Numbered from the whole stretch's first letter, positions 1 to 14,047 are shown. The stretch is 63,574 bases of DNA, filler included, from Octopus bimaculoides (GCF_001194135.2; 8 parts of 8 records of this genome joined end to end with filler, not necessarily neighbours in it); one strand, 5' to 3'. A program made the numbers and translations. The notes: a model not told the origin generated them from the letters alone.

Positions 1-370
1 ATATATATATATATACATACATATACATATATATACATATATACATATATATACATATGTATACAGATATACATACATACATATATATGTATATATATAT
101 ATACATATACATACACACACATATATATATATGCATACATGCATGTATGTATGTGTATATATATGTATGCACGTGTATGTGTGTGTATATGTATATATTC
201 TATTCTATTCTATTCTATTATATTGTATTATATGTTAGGCGAAGGAAGAAGAGAGTTCATGTCCAGGAAACTCTTGTGTAACAGGCCACTGCCTCGGCTT
301 AAATAATACATATGCATCCACACACACCTACACACATACATACACACAGGTATATATATATATATATATT
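1..370. repeat. Compound (AT)n/(AC)n/(ATAC)n microsatellite
   Basis: Direct reading. It generates the spurious [11 protein letters not shown] 57..281. Confidence 0.95.
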
Positions 371-1065
371 ACTATACGCATACACTATGATTTATAAACG
401 TAAACATACATCATTATGGTGTGCATATTCGAACTTGTAGGTCAAAGTGTTGCACCTCGGTGGCTGAATATTTTGCATTTTGGCACATCTTGTCAAAGAG
501 AATATCATAGCTCATTCGACTTATATGTTCTAGTTCTTTTTTTATTTTATTTCCGCTTCTTTTGTGGATTCCCCTGACACTCTGTCGCCATCCAGTTCTA
601 TTATTATGAATTTGAATCGGGAGCTTGAGTCAATAGTGAATCTTTCATTTGCTGATTACACAATCATAGACGCTGCTCCCATTGATACGTTGCAGTTACT
701 CTCTTGATAGAGCTTGGCGATCCTCACCGTTGATCTTCTAGAATTCCTCCGCTCAGCATCAATGTAAGAAGTATTGTTGGCTCAGTTGAGCTCTTCCGCT
801 ACCTCTTCACAATCTACCATGCTCTAATCTCATGACTTTGCTGCGTCCCTGGCAGGGTAGTTGAACGGGTGCTATGCCTTACCGAAGGACAGCCGGTAAC
901 AGTGCAGTTGGTCATTCCTTGAGGTATTCTCAAAATACCCGTATATCCAATTATGTTCTACTTTCGGTTGTATTTTACGCATTTTTATGAAGTACGTTTA
1001 AACTCTCTTCTGTAGTGCAATTGTGATTGAATCAGTATTCGAGAACTGAAATTCCATTTAAATTA

Positions 1066-1325
1066 TCTTTTGGCTTTTAATCATTTCAGTTATTGGTCTG
1101 TTGTCACGCCGGGTCACCACCTTAAAGAATTTAATCGAGCAAATCTACCACAGTACTAATTCTATCGGTCTTTCTTGCCGAACATTTAAGCTACGGGAAC
1201 GCAAACATACAAACACTAGTTGTCAAGAGATTGTGAGAGACAGACACAAATATAGGCACGCATACATATACATATGAAGCTAATGAAGTTCATAAGATAA
1301 TCGTGTGTTTGTGTGTGTGTATGTA

Positions 1326-1384
<59 letters not shown>

Positions 1385-1540
1385 CGGATTTCCAGCAATT
1401 TCCGTCTAACAAATTTACTCACATGGCATTAGTCGACTCGGGACTGTAATAGAAGACACTTTCCCAATGTGCTGTGCTTTTGGAGTTAATCCGAAACAAC
1501 ATAGTTGCAAAGCGAGCTTCGTAATCCCACAACCGTAATG
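1066..1540 (-). mobile_element. SINE family A (tRNA head, internal (CA)n, tail ...ATGACTGAAACAAGTAAAAGA), degenerate full-length copy
   Basis: Reverse complement aligns by eye with the copies at 27992-28450 and 34395-34758 (head, GGCAAGTGTCTTCTACTATAGC core, microsatellite, CTTGACAAC...GGTTCGGCAA tail). Confidence 0.8.
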
Positions 1541-3684
1541 TAAATTCATCGAACCGCATAAATTTTAATAATCATTAAAATTAAAACTCACGGACAGGCT
1601 ATGTCTGTTAATATCCATATATAATGATTAGCTTTGTGTAATTATTAGCGGTCTTAAAATAAAATAGTGTGGAAATACGAGGCTGTTAAAAGACAAAGAC
1701 AAAGTAAGTGATAGTAGGTTATGTAAAATGAAGGTGAGTGGATGTATGGGGTATTTATCTGTGATGCTCTACCGAAATAACAAAGAAGAAAAGGTGTGTG
1801 TTACAAGGAATGACATATTTCTGCTGTCTGTACTACCTAATGAAATGTGAATATGCCAGGTCACTGCCAATATACTATGGAGGTCAGAGGCATATGTTTA
1901 GTATTTTAGTAAATGAGGAGGAATATTGCTATCCTCCTTTGTGGATCTTGTTCTAATGTATGGTCATAAAAAGTAAGGCATCCAAGGAATGTTCTTTAGC
2001 CCTAAGTCACTTCTTCGAGAGCAAGCGTTTAATGAAATAATTTTCATATATTTAGAAGATAAATTTATATTATTAATCGTGATGAATATTTGTGATATGA
2101 GGGACGTCTGGCAGCTATTTCTAGCAATTTAGCTAACCAGATTGGGTGTTTCCTGTTGACATTTACTCGACGCATATTACTTGTTTGTGCGACAGGATAA
2201 TGGTAAGCTTTGGATCGATGAAACCAATGGTATAAGCAAGCTATTAATTCTAATCTAAGAAACAGTAGGCGGTATTTTTTGCACCATTCAAAGTCACTCA
2301 GTTCAGGGATTTTCAGATTTTCACGCTAAAATTTCGTGGTAATCGTTCCACAATCCTCAGGATAAGAACCAGTGCATAGGATAGTGTCTTAAACCTATTA
2401 ACCACTCACAGTAATTCAGAATTCTGTTTCTGTATAGAAGACAACGTCTTGTTTTATAGTTGGATTACTTCCAGTTCAATTGTTTGTTTAACACTGTTAA
2501 GGGAGCATACGTGAGAGAAATAATCCAGCTGATTGAAAACGTATTTTTACAGACGGCAAAATGCTTTCTTCGCTTGTTCACAAAATACTTTCCTCTGTAA
2601 ATTGTTTTTCTATGTATTTGTCAGTAAGAAATGCCTTTTCCGAAGAAAAAATATTAAAATAAAAACAATTGTAGAGACAAATACACGCACGCACAAGTAC
2701 ACAAAGCACAAACACAAATATGTAAACGCATTCGGCTTCGCATACACATACACAGAGCCTTGTGAGATATTTCCAGTATTATCTGCCCATTATTTCTAAA
2801 CATTTATATGTATATATGTACATATNNNNNNNNNNNNNNNNNNNNNNNNNNNNNNNNNNNNNNNNNNNNNNNNNNNNNNNNNNNNNNNNNNNNNNNNNNN
2901 NNNNNNNNNNNNNNNNNNNNNNNNNNNNNNNNNNNNNNNNNNNNNNNNNNNNNNNNNNNNNNNNNNNNNNNNNNNNNNNNNNNNNNNNNNNNNNNNNNNN
3001 NNNNNNNNNNNNNNNNNNNNNNNNNNNNNNNNNNNNNNNNNNNNNNNNNNNNNNNNNNNNNNNNNNNNNNNNNNNNNNNNNNNNNNNNNNNNNNNNNNNN
3101 NNNNNNNNNNNNNNNNNNNNNNNNNNNNNNNNNNNNNNNNNNNNNNNNNNNNNNNNNNNNNNNNNNNNNNNNNNNNNNNNNNNNNNNNNNNNNNNNNNNN
3201 NNNNNNNNNNNNNNNNNNNNNNNNNNNNNNNNNNNNNNNNNNNNNNNNNNNNNNNNNNNNNNNNNNNNNNNNNNNNNNNNNNNNNNNNNNNNNNNNNNNN
3301 NNNNNNNNNNNNNNNNNNNNNNNNNNNNNNNNNNNNNNNNNNNNNNNNNNNNNNNNNNNNNNNNNNNNNNNNNNNNNNNNNNNNNNNNNNNNNNNNNNNN
3401 NNNNNNNNNNNNNNNNNNNNNNNNNNNNNNNNNNNNNNNNNNNNNNNNNNNNNNNNNNNNNNNNNNNNNNNNNNNNNNNNNNNNNNNNNNNNNNNNNNNN
3501 NNNNNNNNNNNNNNNNNNNNNNNNNNNNNNNNNNNNNNNNNNNNNNNNNNNNNNNNNNNNNNNNNNNNNNNNNNNNNNNNNNNNNNNNNNNNNNNNNNNN
3601 NNNNNNNNTATATATATATATATATATATAAATATGTGTATATACATACATACACACACATACATACATACATACATACATACA

Positions 3685-4265
3685 TACTCAGACATGCAGG
3701 AAGTAAATAGACACCTTTAATTTTCAAAATCTTTTATTTGATATTAATTGGTTGAAGGAGAGGTTTTCTTCTAGCTGCTCGTCCATAATACCCAAGCTTA
3801 TGCAGATATGTAACACACGTTCTTGGACTAACTTCTAGCTGTTTTGCAATGTAAGAAGCCTTCGAACAGGAATCGTTTTCCACAATTCTCTTCAAAAATT
3901 GAAGCTTCCTTTCCGAGGTCCCAGGTCGACCGGGACTAGAATTTGTTGATTCTTTTCCTTGGTTTTTTAATTATATATATAATTCTATTAACAGTAACAA
4001 GAGAAATTTTTAGATTTTTGGCAATTTTTCGCTGGCTAAGACCAGCCTCATATTGCCCAACAATACGACCTCTTTGAAAATCTGACAGTTCTGCTGAATT
4101 TTTTGTGCATGGTATGGTTACTCTTCGCAAATGTTTAATATAATGGCACCTGGAATGATAAAGAATAATTACATTGTAAACTCTACACCGCTGAAAATAT
4201 TAAGACGCTTAGATCAGAAATTTCGAAAATTAAAGGTGTCTATTTACTTCCTGCATGTCTGTCTG
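3685..4265 (-). mobile_element. Internally deleted Tc1-family DNA transposon (about 580 bp)
   Basis: About 41-bp TIRs (3689-3729 cagacatgcaggaagtaaatagacacctttaattttcaaaa vs its reverse complement at 4221-4261), with TA at 4266-4267. Minus-strand transposase N-terminus [27 protein letters not shown]...PGRP...LGYYGRAARRKPLL. The DDE domain is absent. Confidence 0.9.
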
Positions 4266-5222
4266 TATATATACATATATATATATATATATAAATTATA
4301 CAAGAATAAGGGCAGGGAATCGTCAATTAGTAATAGAATTAATAATTAACAATTTTGCCAAGTAGTTCAGTATGAAAAAAACCTTTATCGGTAAAATCAT
4401 TTATCATCATAAATATACAGGGATTAGCAATGGGTTGCTTCTCCAACATACTGAAAANNNNNNNNNNNNNNNNNNNNNNNNNNNNNNNNNNNNNNNNNNN
4501 NNNNNNNNNNNNNNNNNNNNNNNNNNNNNNNNNNNNNNNNNNNNNNNNNNNNNNNNNNNNNNNNNNNNNNNNNNNNNNNNNNNNNNNNNNNNNNNNNNNN
4601 NNNNNNNNNNNNNNNNNNNNNNNNNNNNNNNNNNNNNNNNNNNNNNNNNNNNNNNNNNNNNNNNNNNNNNNNNNNNNNNNNNNNNNNNNNNNNNNNNNNN
4701 NNNNNNNNNNNNNNNNNNNNNNNNNNNNNNNNNNNNNNNNNNNNNNNNNNNNNNNNNNNNNNNNNNNNNNNNNNNNNNNNNNNNNNNNNNNNNNNNNNNN
4801 NNNNNNNNNNNNNNNNNNNNNNNNNNNNNNNNNNNNNNNNNNNNNNNNNNNNNNNNNNNNNNNNNNNNNNNNNNNNNNNNNNNNNNNNNNNNNNNNNNNN
4901 NNNNNNNNNNNNNNNNNNNNNNNNNNNNNNNNNNNNNNNNNNNNNNNNNNNNNNNNNNNNNNNNNNNNNNNNNNNNNNNNNNNNNNNNNNNNNNNNNNNN
5001 NNNNNNNNNNNNNNNNNNNNNNNNNNNNNNNNNNNNNNNNNNNNNNNNNNNNNNNNNNNNNNNNNNNNNNNNNNNNNNNNNNNNNNNNNNNNNNNNNNNN
5101 NNNNNNNNNNNNNNNNNNNNNNNNNNNNNNNNNNNNNNNATATATATATATATATACACACTCATGCTTGGTACAAAACAATTCCGTTATATTTTGTTTT
5201 CCTAAAATCAATGGGTAGAATA

Positions 5223-6513
5223 AGAAGGTCGGCTGAAAAGTTCACAGGCTGAGCAAGATACTCCCGAGGAATGTGACTAAATGAGGTTTCTTCTCAATAT
5301 ATCCCCCCCTCCTCTGCAGTCCTGATACTTCTTCCATGGCTGTTGCAGTGCTTGGATCCCATTAGTGAGGAAGCTTCCATCCTGTACGTCAAAAATGTCA
5401 TCAATTGCAAGGATGACGTCATCATCACGGTGATACTGGCTCCTAGCCAAGTGTTTTTTCATGTTGGGAAACAGATGATAGTCAGTTGGGGATAAATAAG
5501 GAGAAAAAAGAACAGTGATGAACCAGTTCAAAGCCAGTCCCGCACAGCAGACATTGAAATCAAGGACTTTTGTGCTGGAGCATTTTTCTGATGAAACAAG
5601 ACCCCTTTTGTCATTTTTCTTAAGCGCTTCGTCTTGATAACTTTTCGTAACTGCCTCAGTAAGCTGGCATACTACTCTTCATCGATGGTGTGGCTTTCTG
5701 AAGATAGTCAATAAGCGCAATGCCTTTTGCATCCCAAAAAACTGAGACCATCGACTTCTCTGCAGATGTACTAAACTTTGCCTCTTTTGGAGCAGGTTAG
5801 GAGGGGTGTTTCCAGTGCATGAATTGTCTCTTTGTCTCTGGCTCAAAGTAATGAACTCAACACTTATCTTGAGTGAGGAAACATTGAAGGAAACGAGTCG
5901 GATTTGTCGGGAACAACGTCAGATTTTTCCGTCATGTGATCAGTCTGGTGCGCTTCTGCTCAAGTGTCAGAAGACATGGGACCCACCGAATAGAAACATT
6001 CGTCATGCCAAGTTCATTGTGCAGAATATTCTCAACTCTCTCAAAGGATATGCTAATAGCATTTGCTATTTGATTTTACAATCACCTGCATTTCATCCTT
6101 CACTATGTGGTGTACACAATCAATGTTTTCCTTGGTAGTGGCAGCTGTTTGAAGTCCAGACGTTGGGGCATCTTCAAGACTCTCCCTTCCCCTCCTGAAT
6201 TCAGCTGCCCACTTTTGCACTGTTGATAAATTAGGGACGTCATCTCTTAATGTAATAACCGTGTCATGATGAGTGTCTCTGGGGGCTAAACTTTTTTCTG
6301 TAGCTATTTGATAACATCAGGATGCTAAATTTTGTCCATTTTCAAGACAAGTGGCTACTTGTTACAATTGAATTCTTTGAACATTCAAGTGTTAGTTTAC
6401 CTGGAAAGAAACTATGAAACTATTGATAGGAAGTTTTGAAATTAATGCATGCTAGATTTCACTGTTCTAGCATTACTTCATAGGCATCATATGAACTTTT
6501 CAGCCTACGCTCG
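5223..6513 (-). mobile_element. Mariner transposon, full length (about 1.29 kb), inactivated
   Basis: TIRs GGTCGGCTGAAAAGTTCA (left) and TGAACTTTTCAGCCTACG (right). ATG at 6339. C-terminal PYLSPTDYHLFPNMKKHL matches the mariner YSPDLAPSDYHLF motif. Multiple stops and frameshifts. Confidence 0.93.
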
Positions 6514-7899
6514 AATTAGTATGTGATTTAGAATAACGTGGAAATGCTATAAAACAACGTAATGGATCAGAAACAATAAAAGTCTTAAATATCATAGTCA
6601 AGTTCAAAACGCTATGTGATGAACATGTCTAGAAGACGTGTGTCAACAGGCGGACAAAAACGAAGACAGGTGGAATTCCGAGAGAGTACTAAGATATAGT
6701 AATGGCAGGTAGCAAAATGGAAGGATGAACTCCATAAATTTGACAAAATCTGAAAATCGAACCCCGAATGGCGATCGTCACAGAGTAATGGTGTAATGGT
6801 AGAGCTATGTCTCACTTGATCGCTTGTTTATTTGTAGAAGTACGTGGTGATTAGATATCTGGACAAGCTTTAAAAGTGGATATCAATTACTGAACACAAT
6901 ATAGCACTGGGCATCTTATAAAAATCTGAATCATGTTAGAGAACAATTTTCTTTAGTATTTAACGTAGACTTAGATTCTCATTTAACATACTTTCCTGTG
7001 TTTTTCATTTCATTGTTGAATTATTTATGAAATATTATCAACATTTGAGCTCATCTTTGATTTCTCACTAAGGAACATTACCACACATTTTATAGAGACA
7101 GAAATAGATATTCCTTCTTATGATTAGATAGTAAGAAAACAGTGCCCATGGCGTTCACGCGCCTTCTTATGATGTTAAGGATGATGTGTTTGATATTTAG
7201 TTCGAATTTTTGTATGAATGCAACTAGTTAGATGCAAGATTCAGAGATCATTGTAGTAGTTAGGAAATAGTAAGGGCCGGAGATTTAATGTGTTAGTGAT
7301 TAAGTACGTACCAAGAAGACAGAATATGTTAGTGAGACCGATATCTTCCTTTGTGATGCGGCCCACGCCTTTATTCATTTTCCATCTGTAGCATTGTGGT
7401 ATATAGGAGCTAAATTTTACTGTGATTCTCGCGGTTTAAAGATAATCAGTAGTTGATTACAGCCGAAGGATTAGCTCTTTCCTGACGCTAAAGCGTAAAG
7501 CCTGTATTTACTAAGGGTGTTAAATTGAGAGTCAGAATGATCAGTTATTGTGAAGTCTTTGAGGGTCATTAATGGTACGTTGTGCAAACCTTACAGATCG
7601 TCCGGATAACGATTGTTATGTTATGTTTGCTGATTGTGTCTTTCTGGCACTGAAAAGGAAAAGAATGACATATTTCTATTGGAGAATGAATTCGAAGTCT
7701 ATGCTCATGGAAACAGTAAAAACTTGACGCGATGTGTCTTGACTGTATGTGGATAACACTTCCGTGGAAAATGTTTCAGAGGTTTTGAACTATGTTGTAA
7801 CCTAAATAAACGTGAACATTGTTGTTATTCATGCAGAGTGTGTGTGATGGATGTTACAACTTAACCTTGGGGACACTACACATGAATGTGTTTAGATAT

Positions 7900-7902
<3 letters not shown>

Positions 7903-7968
<66 letters not shown>

Positions 7969-8010
7969 CGAGTGAAAGAATGATAGGGGAGAGAGAGGGA
8001 GTGAGAGAGA
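7903..8010. repeat. (GA)n microsatellite
   Basis: Direct reading. Confidence 0.95.
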
Positions 8011-8735
8011 AGTGGGAACGGATGCAGCAATTGTGCAATCTGACAGGAATCGACAGAGTCTTGAAGATTAAAGCATATTACGTTGGTATATATCTTAGCT
8101 AGATTCTGGTGCCAGATTTGGTAAAATTATTTTAGGCCTTTACAAAAGGTTTTAACGAATCAGATGGCTTACTGATACCAGAAATTTTACACAGTCACTC
8201 TACCATATAGAAACATCTGGCGAATATCATCCAAATCTTTTGCTGTCTTAAAAAGAAATGAAGAAAGTATAGATAAGTTTCTAGATGCACCATGTCTGTA
8301 AAAATGGTGATGTGGTCATAGCTTGATTGTATTTGAACATAGAGATTAATGAATCAGGTGATCTTGGCCTCAGTAATAACAAGTACAAAGTAAAGTAAGG
8401 ACATTAGTGGGATAAACATTAGGACAGAGAGTGTATGAACAACAAGCCCAATTTGCGAATTGATCCAGTAAGAAATTTCTCGTTCCTGATATAATAATAA
8501 TTGTTATTTTTTTTTTAAATTACTGAAACTCTAAATTGTTAAAATTCACAAAAATATCATGAGTGGCAATTATTAATGACTTGTAGGGACACCGTACTTC
8601 GTTAAGCAACCATAAACACTATAAAGTATATTAAACATTTTATAAATCAATACTGTTTTACTGTGTTAGCAGTGCTATTAAATCACTTGTTAAGGTTAAC
8701 TCTACAGATTTTCTATAGAAATTTATAGCCAGGAC

Positions 8736-8836
8736 TGATTCTGTTATGATGTTTCGTATCCGAATACACCTAATGAAACCAACAATGCGATTGTTTACAT
8801 TAGGCATATTCGGAAACAAAGCGTCATAACAAATCA
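8736..8836. repeat. About 100-bp imperfect palindrome (hairpin, 3-nt loop)
   Basis: Arm tgttatgatgtttcgtatccgaatacacctaatgaaaccaacaat vs reverse complement of the right arm tgttatgacgctttgtttccgaatatgcctaatgtaaacaat. Confidence 0.8.
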
Positions 8837-9877
8837 CTGCTGGTTATAATTTCAGTAGAAAATTTGTAGAAATAACCTCAACAAAAGTGGTAAATTTTAG
8901 TTAATAAAAACATTCTTGGTCGATTTCATTAAGCAGAGATCCCCAATAGTTTGAGTGAGTCAAGTTGAATATATTACGAATAAGACGAAAATCGTCGGAG
9001 GTAGGTAGCGGTGATCTGCGTTGGCACTAAAATATTACTGCAAAGCTTAAATTACAGTTTTTTCATAAAAGAATTTCATTCGATTTTGTTTGAAACTGAT
9101 TTAAGGTCTGTATAAGTAAGAAATATTATATACTGTAAACATATCTTGTTAATGTTATCTCCGTAATCATTTCATTTGAAAAATATTAGTTGAGTTATTT
9201 AGCAAGTGTTATTTTATCTTTCTAGAGAGTCAGCAGTTCATCACTTCTGCAATATATCCTGGTTGTGAAAATAAATACAAGCATTTGAAATTAAATTGCT
9301 GTTATCTTATGAATGTTATGGTGATCAGAAAAGATGAATGTGGTAAAAAAAAAACAAAAAAAAAACGGAATGCGTAAGAATTTATACAATTTTCATTCTT
9401 GTTCTCAAGTCAATTAATTTCATTTAGATATTCACATTAGGGCCTGCTCGTTGAATATTGTTATACTTTCCTATCNNNNNNNNNNNNNNNNNNNNNNNNN
9501 NNNNNNNNNNNNNNNNNNNNNNNNNNNNNNNNNNNNNNNNNNNNNNNNNNNNNNNNNNNNNNNNNNNNNNNNNNNNNNNNNNNNNNNNNNNNNNNNNNNN
9601 NNNNNNNNNNNNNNNNNNNNNNNNNNNNNNNNNNNNNNNNNNNNNNNNNNNNNNNNNNNNNNNNNNNNNNNNNNNNNNNNNNNNNNNNNNNNNNNNNNNN
9701 NNNNNNNNNNNNNNNNNNNNNNNNNNNNNNNNNNNNNNNNNNNNNNNNNNNNNNNNNNNNNNNNNNNNNNNNNNNNNNNNNNNNNNNNNNNNNNNNNNNN
9801 NNNNNNNNNNNNNNNNNNNNNNNNNNNNNNNNNNNNNNNNNNNNNNNNNNNNNNNNNNNNNNNNNNNNNNNNNNNNN

Positions 9878-9909
<32 letters not shown>

Positions 9910-9911
<2 letters not shown>

Positions 9912-10261
9912 ATGAGCTTTACGCATTTATTTATTTATTTATTTGTGCATCGTAGAGTACCAGCTGTTTCTGATATACATTATAGGTGCTATACCTTATA
10001 ATTATAGATTTAAAGTGATATATATTATAATTCCGATTACTCAATCGGTCGATTGATCAATGGAAGAAACTGAAGGGTCTTAACAAATGCTATCATCATC
10101 AGAGCCTGCACACTGAGTGGCAAACTCGTTAGGGCCGTTTCAAACGATCAATCCACCGACTGAGTAAACGGAACTATGAACGTACCTATAATACATATCA
10201 GAAACAGCTGTAGGCCCACGATGCACAAATAAGTAAATAAATAAATATGAAAAGCCCATTA
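9910..10261. mobile_element. Fold-back MITE-like element with long inverted arms, TA at both ends
   Basis: atgagcttt...tttgtgcatcgtagagtacagctgtttctgatatacattataggt...ttccgattactcaatcggtcgattgatc is mirrored by gatcaatccaccgactgagtaaacggaa...acctataatacatatcagaaacagctgtaggcccacgatgcacaaat...aaagcccat. Confidence 0.75.
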
Positions 10262-12727
10262 TTAATGCTTATTTTTGTATATTACACTTTGAAATACCAT
10301 ATTAACTGGATAATGCAAACATGAACTTACAAAGTCGATTAGCAATGAATTTCAAGTCCAGATCTTGTCTTAGAAGTATCTGGAGTTCAATACCAATCGG
10401 AAAACATTTCTTAGGCTGGAATATTTGTATGATCAGAGAGCTTGAGAAGCATTTTGCCAGGGTTGATAATTCCTTATTAAATACTTTATATACATATATA
10501 ATGAAATTTGCTATATCATTACTAACTTTGTAATATCTAGTATTTTAGTTTGTACATAATATCCTCTGTTTCATGTATTTATTACCTTATATGATATGTG
10601 ACATCCACTTGATGGTATACGATGCGACTACTAAGTAAACAAATATGATATTATATGTGCTATAAAATATGTAATAAAATATTTATTACATATTGACTAA
10701 CTGTTAAAGGTAATGGCATTAACGTTATACCAATATATCACAAATGAACTTTCCGTATGATTTAGTATTTATTTATCACTCGTAGAGCTAGATAGGCTGC
10801 ATTAAATGTCCTGATCCAGTGACTCAACAAAACTCTCGCAAAGGATATGAACTCACGACCCGCAAAATGCTAGTTCAGCACCTTATCAAATCAGCCAGTT
10901 TATCACAATATATACTACCGTAGCTAGCCATTATCGTTGTCATTATCATCAGTTGGTTTATTGCTACTACCTAACCTAAGTGATGCTATCTATATCCACT
11001 GCTAACTTCACCATTTCAGTATTGTATTGGTTCTTTACATGCCCATCTCTCAATGATGAATTCATGAGAAAACTTTAATCAGGGTGAACGATGAGAAGTG
11101 ATAATATATTATGATCAATTGCCAAAACGTCAAAGTGTAAATGCCTTGAAAATGGCAATTGGCAACGGACGGAAAATAGCATTAGATAGTTAAGGTCAAA
11201 AGATTTGACCTTCGTTAAAATAAGATTTCTTTTGACATTTGGGCTTGCTTTTTACAGGACGAAAAGCAGAAAACAAATGAGAAAAGCGAAATGAAAGCTT
11301 GGCATTTGAACCTATTTTTCTATGGTTTATGCGTAGTTCTTTCGAACGTATCAAATTGTTACTCTGATTGATTAAGTACGAAAATATACCCATTTATTTT
11401 CTCTCGTTTATACAGACGAGCAGCTCAATATATTTCTTTATTTGTATGTTGTTCGATAAAAGAAGGCTTGTATAATAGCCGGATTGATGCGCTGAATAAG
11501 TTTAAAAATGGGAATATGATTAGTGAGAAATTATGTGAGATAAATATATTTTTCATCGATAATCACTCGAGAGAAAATGACGATATGTAAAGTTTATATT
11601 AAGCTATTTAGAATGAATATATTGTTACAGTTGTTGCTCAGCTCCAGCTTATCAAGCAGACCTATTGTCGAAGGCGTTCTATTTTTAACTATTTTATCTT
11701 TTATCTAAGTAGCCTATGTCATCATCGTTTCTTCTTTTCAAAACAATATGGTATGAAGAGTAGATTTGGTTGCCATTTCCATGAAAGCTTTTCTCCTAAC
11801 GTCAGAAAGAATATCTATGTTGAGTAACTGCACGTGCCCAATCATTTTTTTTTTATTATCGTTATGGTGCACAAAGCAAAAATATTAAAAAAAGAGAAGT
11901 TGTGTCTAATCATGTTGCTCTGCATTGCTATTTTGAATGATTTGTGACATTATTTTAAACGAACATTTTTCTTATGTATGTAAATATAACAAGAAAATAA
12001 CAATTGCATATGGTAAAAACAGAGAGAGAGAGATAAGAATACTAGAGAACAAGTCTAATGTTCAGTAATTCTAATTGGTATAGTGATGAGTCATTTAACG
12101 TTCATCGACGTCCAGATTCACATAACCTGGTAGTTGGACAACATAGGATGTGTTTCGCAGATGCCTTTAAGCTGTAGCAGCACTATAAACCTTACGAAGG
12201 ATTTTCCTTGTCGCGTACCATTTGAATGTGGTGAAGTAGCAATGGCGCTAATTTTCAGGGGAAAGCAGGGGCTTTTGATGTCGATGACTCGATCCCGGCC
12301 AGCTCCAGTCAAGCTAGTCTACGACCAACGGTATTTTTCTTATATCAGTGAATACTTATTCCAAATTGTGCATTTACAAGGGTAGGGTGTAATTTTGATG
12401 AAATTTGCCTATTTGTTGCCTAGCAAGTGACCACTTAGAGCATCTCTCGTAAACTCCGAGAAGGACCAGTTGTCTTCATATTCGTAATACACCTAAAGGA
12501 TACAGGAATAGCTTGTTGCAGGAACTTATATTTGAGGGTGATTCAAGCTGTGAGTATTTTCGTATACATCACTGTGAGAATTGATATTATACTGCAGTAA
12601 TTCATTTGATATATAATAATACTACGGCAATTACCAACTTTTAAACACCTTTCATTGCTGAAGCTTCCACAAATCTTAACAGGCAATGCAATCGATAGAT
12701 AAATACTGTTATCGTGCAGTAAACAAT

Positions 12728-12764
<37 letters not shown>

Positions 12765-13389
12765 TTACGCCCCACGCGGCTTCCCGACACCACCAACAGG
12801 CTCTAATTGTCTGTCCGATACCTCGGAAGACCGTATGCGAGCTCAGCAAGCCAATTAGCTTGCAAAAACAGAGAGCGATGTTCTAATTCGGCGTCGTATG
12901 AATGAGAAATTATTTGAATATAATTTTACATTCGTAACAATATATATATNNNNNNNNNNNNNNNNNNNNNNNNNNNNNNNNNNNNNNNNNNNNNNNNNNN
13001 NNNNNNNNNNNNNNNNNNNNNNNNNNNNNNNNNNNNNNNNNNNNNNNNNNNNNNNNNNNNNNNNNNNNNNNNNNNNNNNNNNNNNNNNNTATATATATAT
13101 ATATTTTACAAACCATCTGGAAGTTAGCAACGTTGCAACATATCTTTCATTGAGGAAACTGTTACAAGTTTCAACTGACAAGTTGCTCCGTGGATAGGTA
13201 CGACTATAATGTATAACCAATGTAATAATACTCCCAACACAACAGTTACCAACGTTGTAATGTATGCTTCCTTACTGAAAATTCTACGAGTCTCAATTGA
13301 CAATGCACCTCTATGCATGGCTACACAGACGCAATTTTCAAAAACGGCCAAGCCAGTGCTAATTAGTTAGGTATCATAATCTTTTCTAC

Positions 13390-13580
13390 TTTAGGCACAA
13401 GGCTTGAAATTTTGGCGGAGAGGGCTAATCGATTACATCGACTCCAGCGCTCAACTGGTACTTAATTTATCAACCCCGAAAGAATGAAAAGTAATGTCGA
13501 TCTCGGCGGAATTTGAACTCAGAACGTAACGGTTGAAGAAATACCGTTAAGCATTTTGCTGACGTGTTTATAGATCAGTG
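13390..13580 (-). mobile_element. SINE family B (head GGCGGCGAGCTGGCAGAATCGTTAGC, core CTTTCATCCTTTCGGGGTCGATAAA..AAGTACCAG)
   Basis: Matches the cleaner copies at 43470-43682 and 46168-46405. Confidence 0.85.
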
Positions 13581-13862
13581 TGGTCGCCACTTTAATTAGG
13601 CATCATAATGTAATGCTAAGCCTGCCAATAAAGATTATTGTCATGAGACTCAAGAATATTTGGGAAGATATTTATATTTCAGCAAAATGCTATCTGTAAA
13701 TGAGAAGAAATCAGACAGAAAGGTAGAGTAATAATCTCATTATAATTTCTAACTTAGTAATGGTATCACTGGTAATTTGTAACATATATCGGTTATATGA
13801 AATATGATATAAAATAGAAGCAGGCGATATTCATTCAGATTGAGAATATTCAAGAATATTTA

Positions 13863-14030
13863 TAAGGCAGAATCGTTAGCACACCCGACAAAATACTTAG
13901 CGGCATTTCAGCATTTAAGCTCTGCGTTCAAAATCCGCCGAGATTGACTTTGCTTTTCATTCTTTCGGGATGATGTAATCGACTAATCCTTTCCCTGGAA
14001 TTGCTGGCTTTGTGCCATAATTTGAAACCT
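13863..14030 (+). mobile_element. SINE family B, internally deleted
   Basis: ggcagaatcgttagcacacccg head, ttgactttgcttttcattctttcggg core, gctggctttgtgccataatttgaaacc tail. Confidence 0.8.
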
Positions 14031-14047
14031 ATATTTATTCAGATTAA

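Noticed and set aside
7224-7245. gagatcattgta, resembling bantam miRNA
   Set aside because: The match is short, lacks the 5' T, and has no surrounding hairpin.
7420-7800. Possible ancient CR1/Jockey RT (YPDDL on the minus strand)
   Set aside because: It is a single degenerate motif, too weak to call.
12118-12385. GC-richer island with 83-aa and 64-aa ORFs
   Set aside because: No recognisable homology and no convincing splice-site pair.
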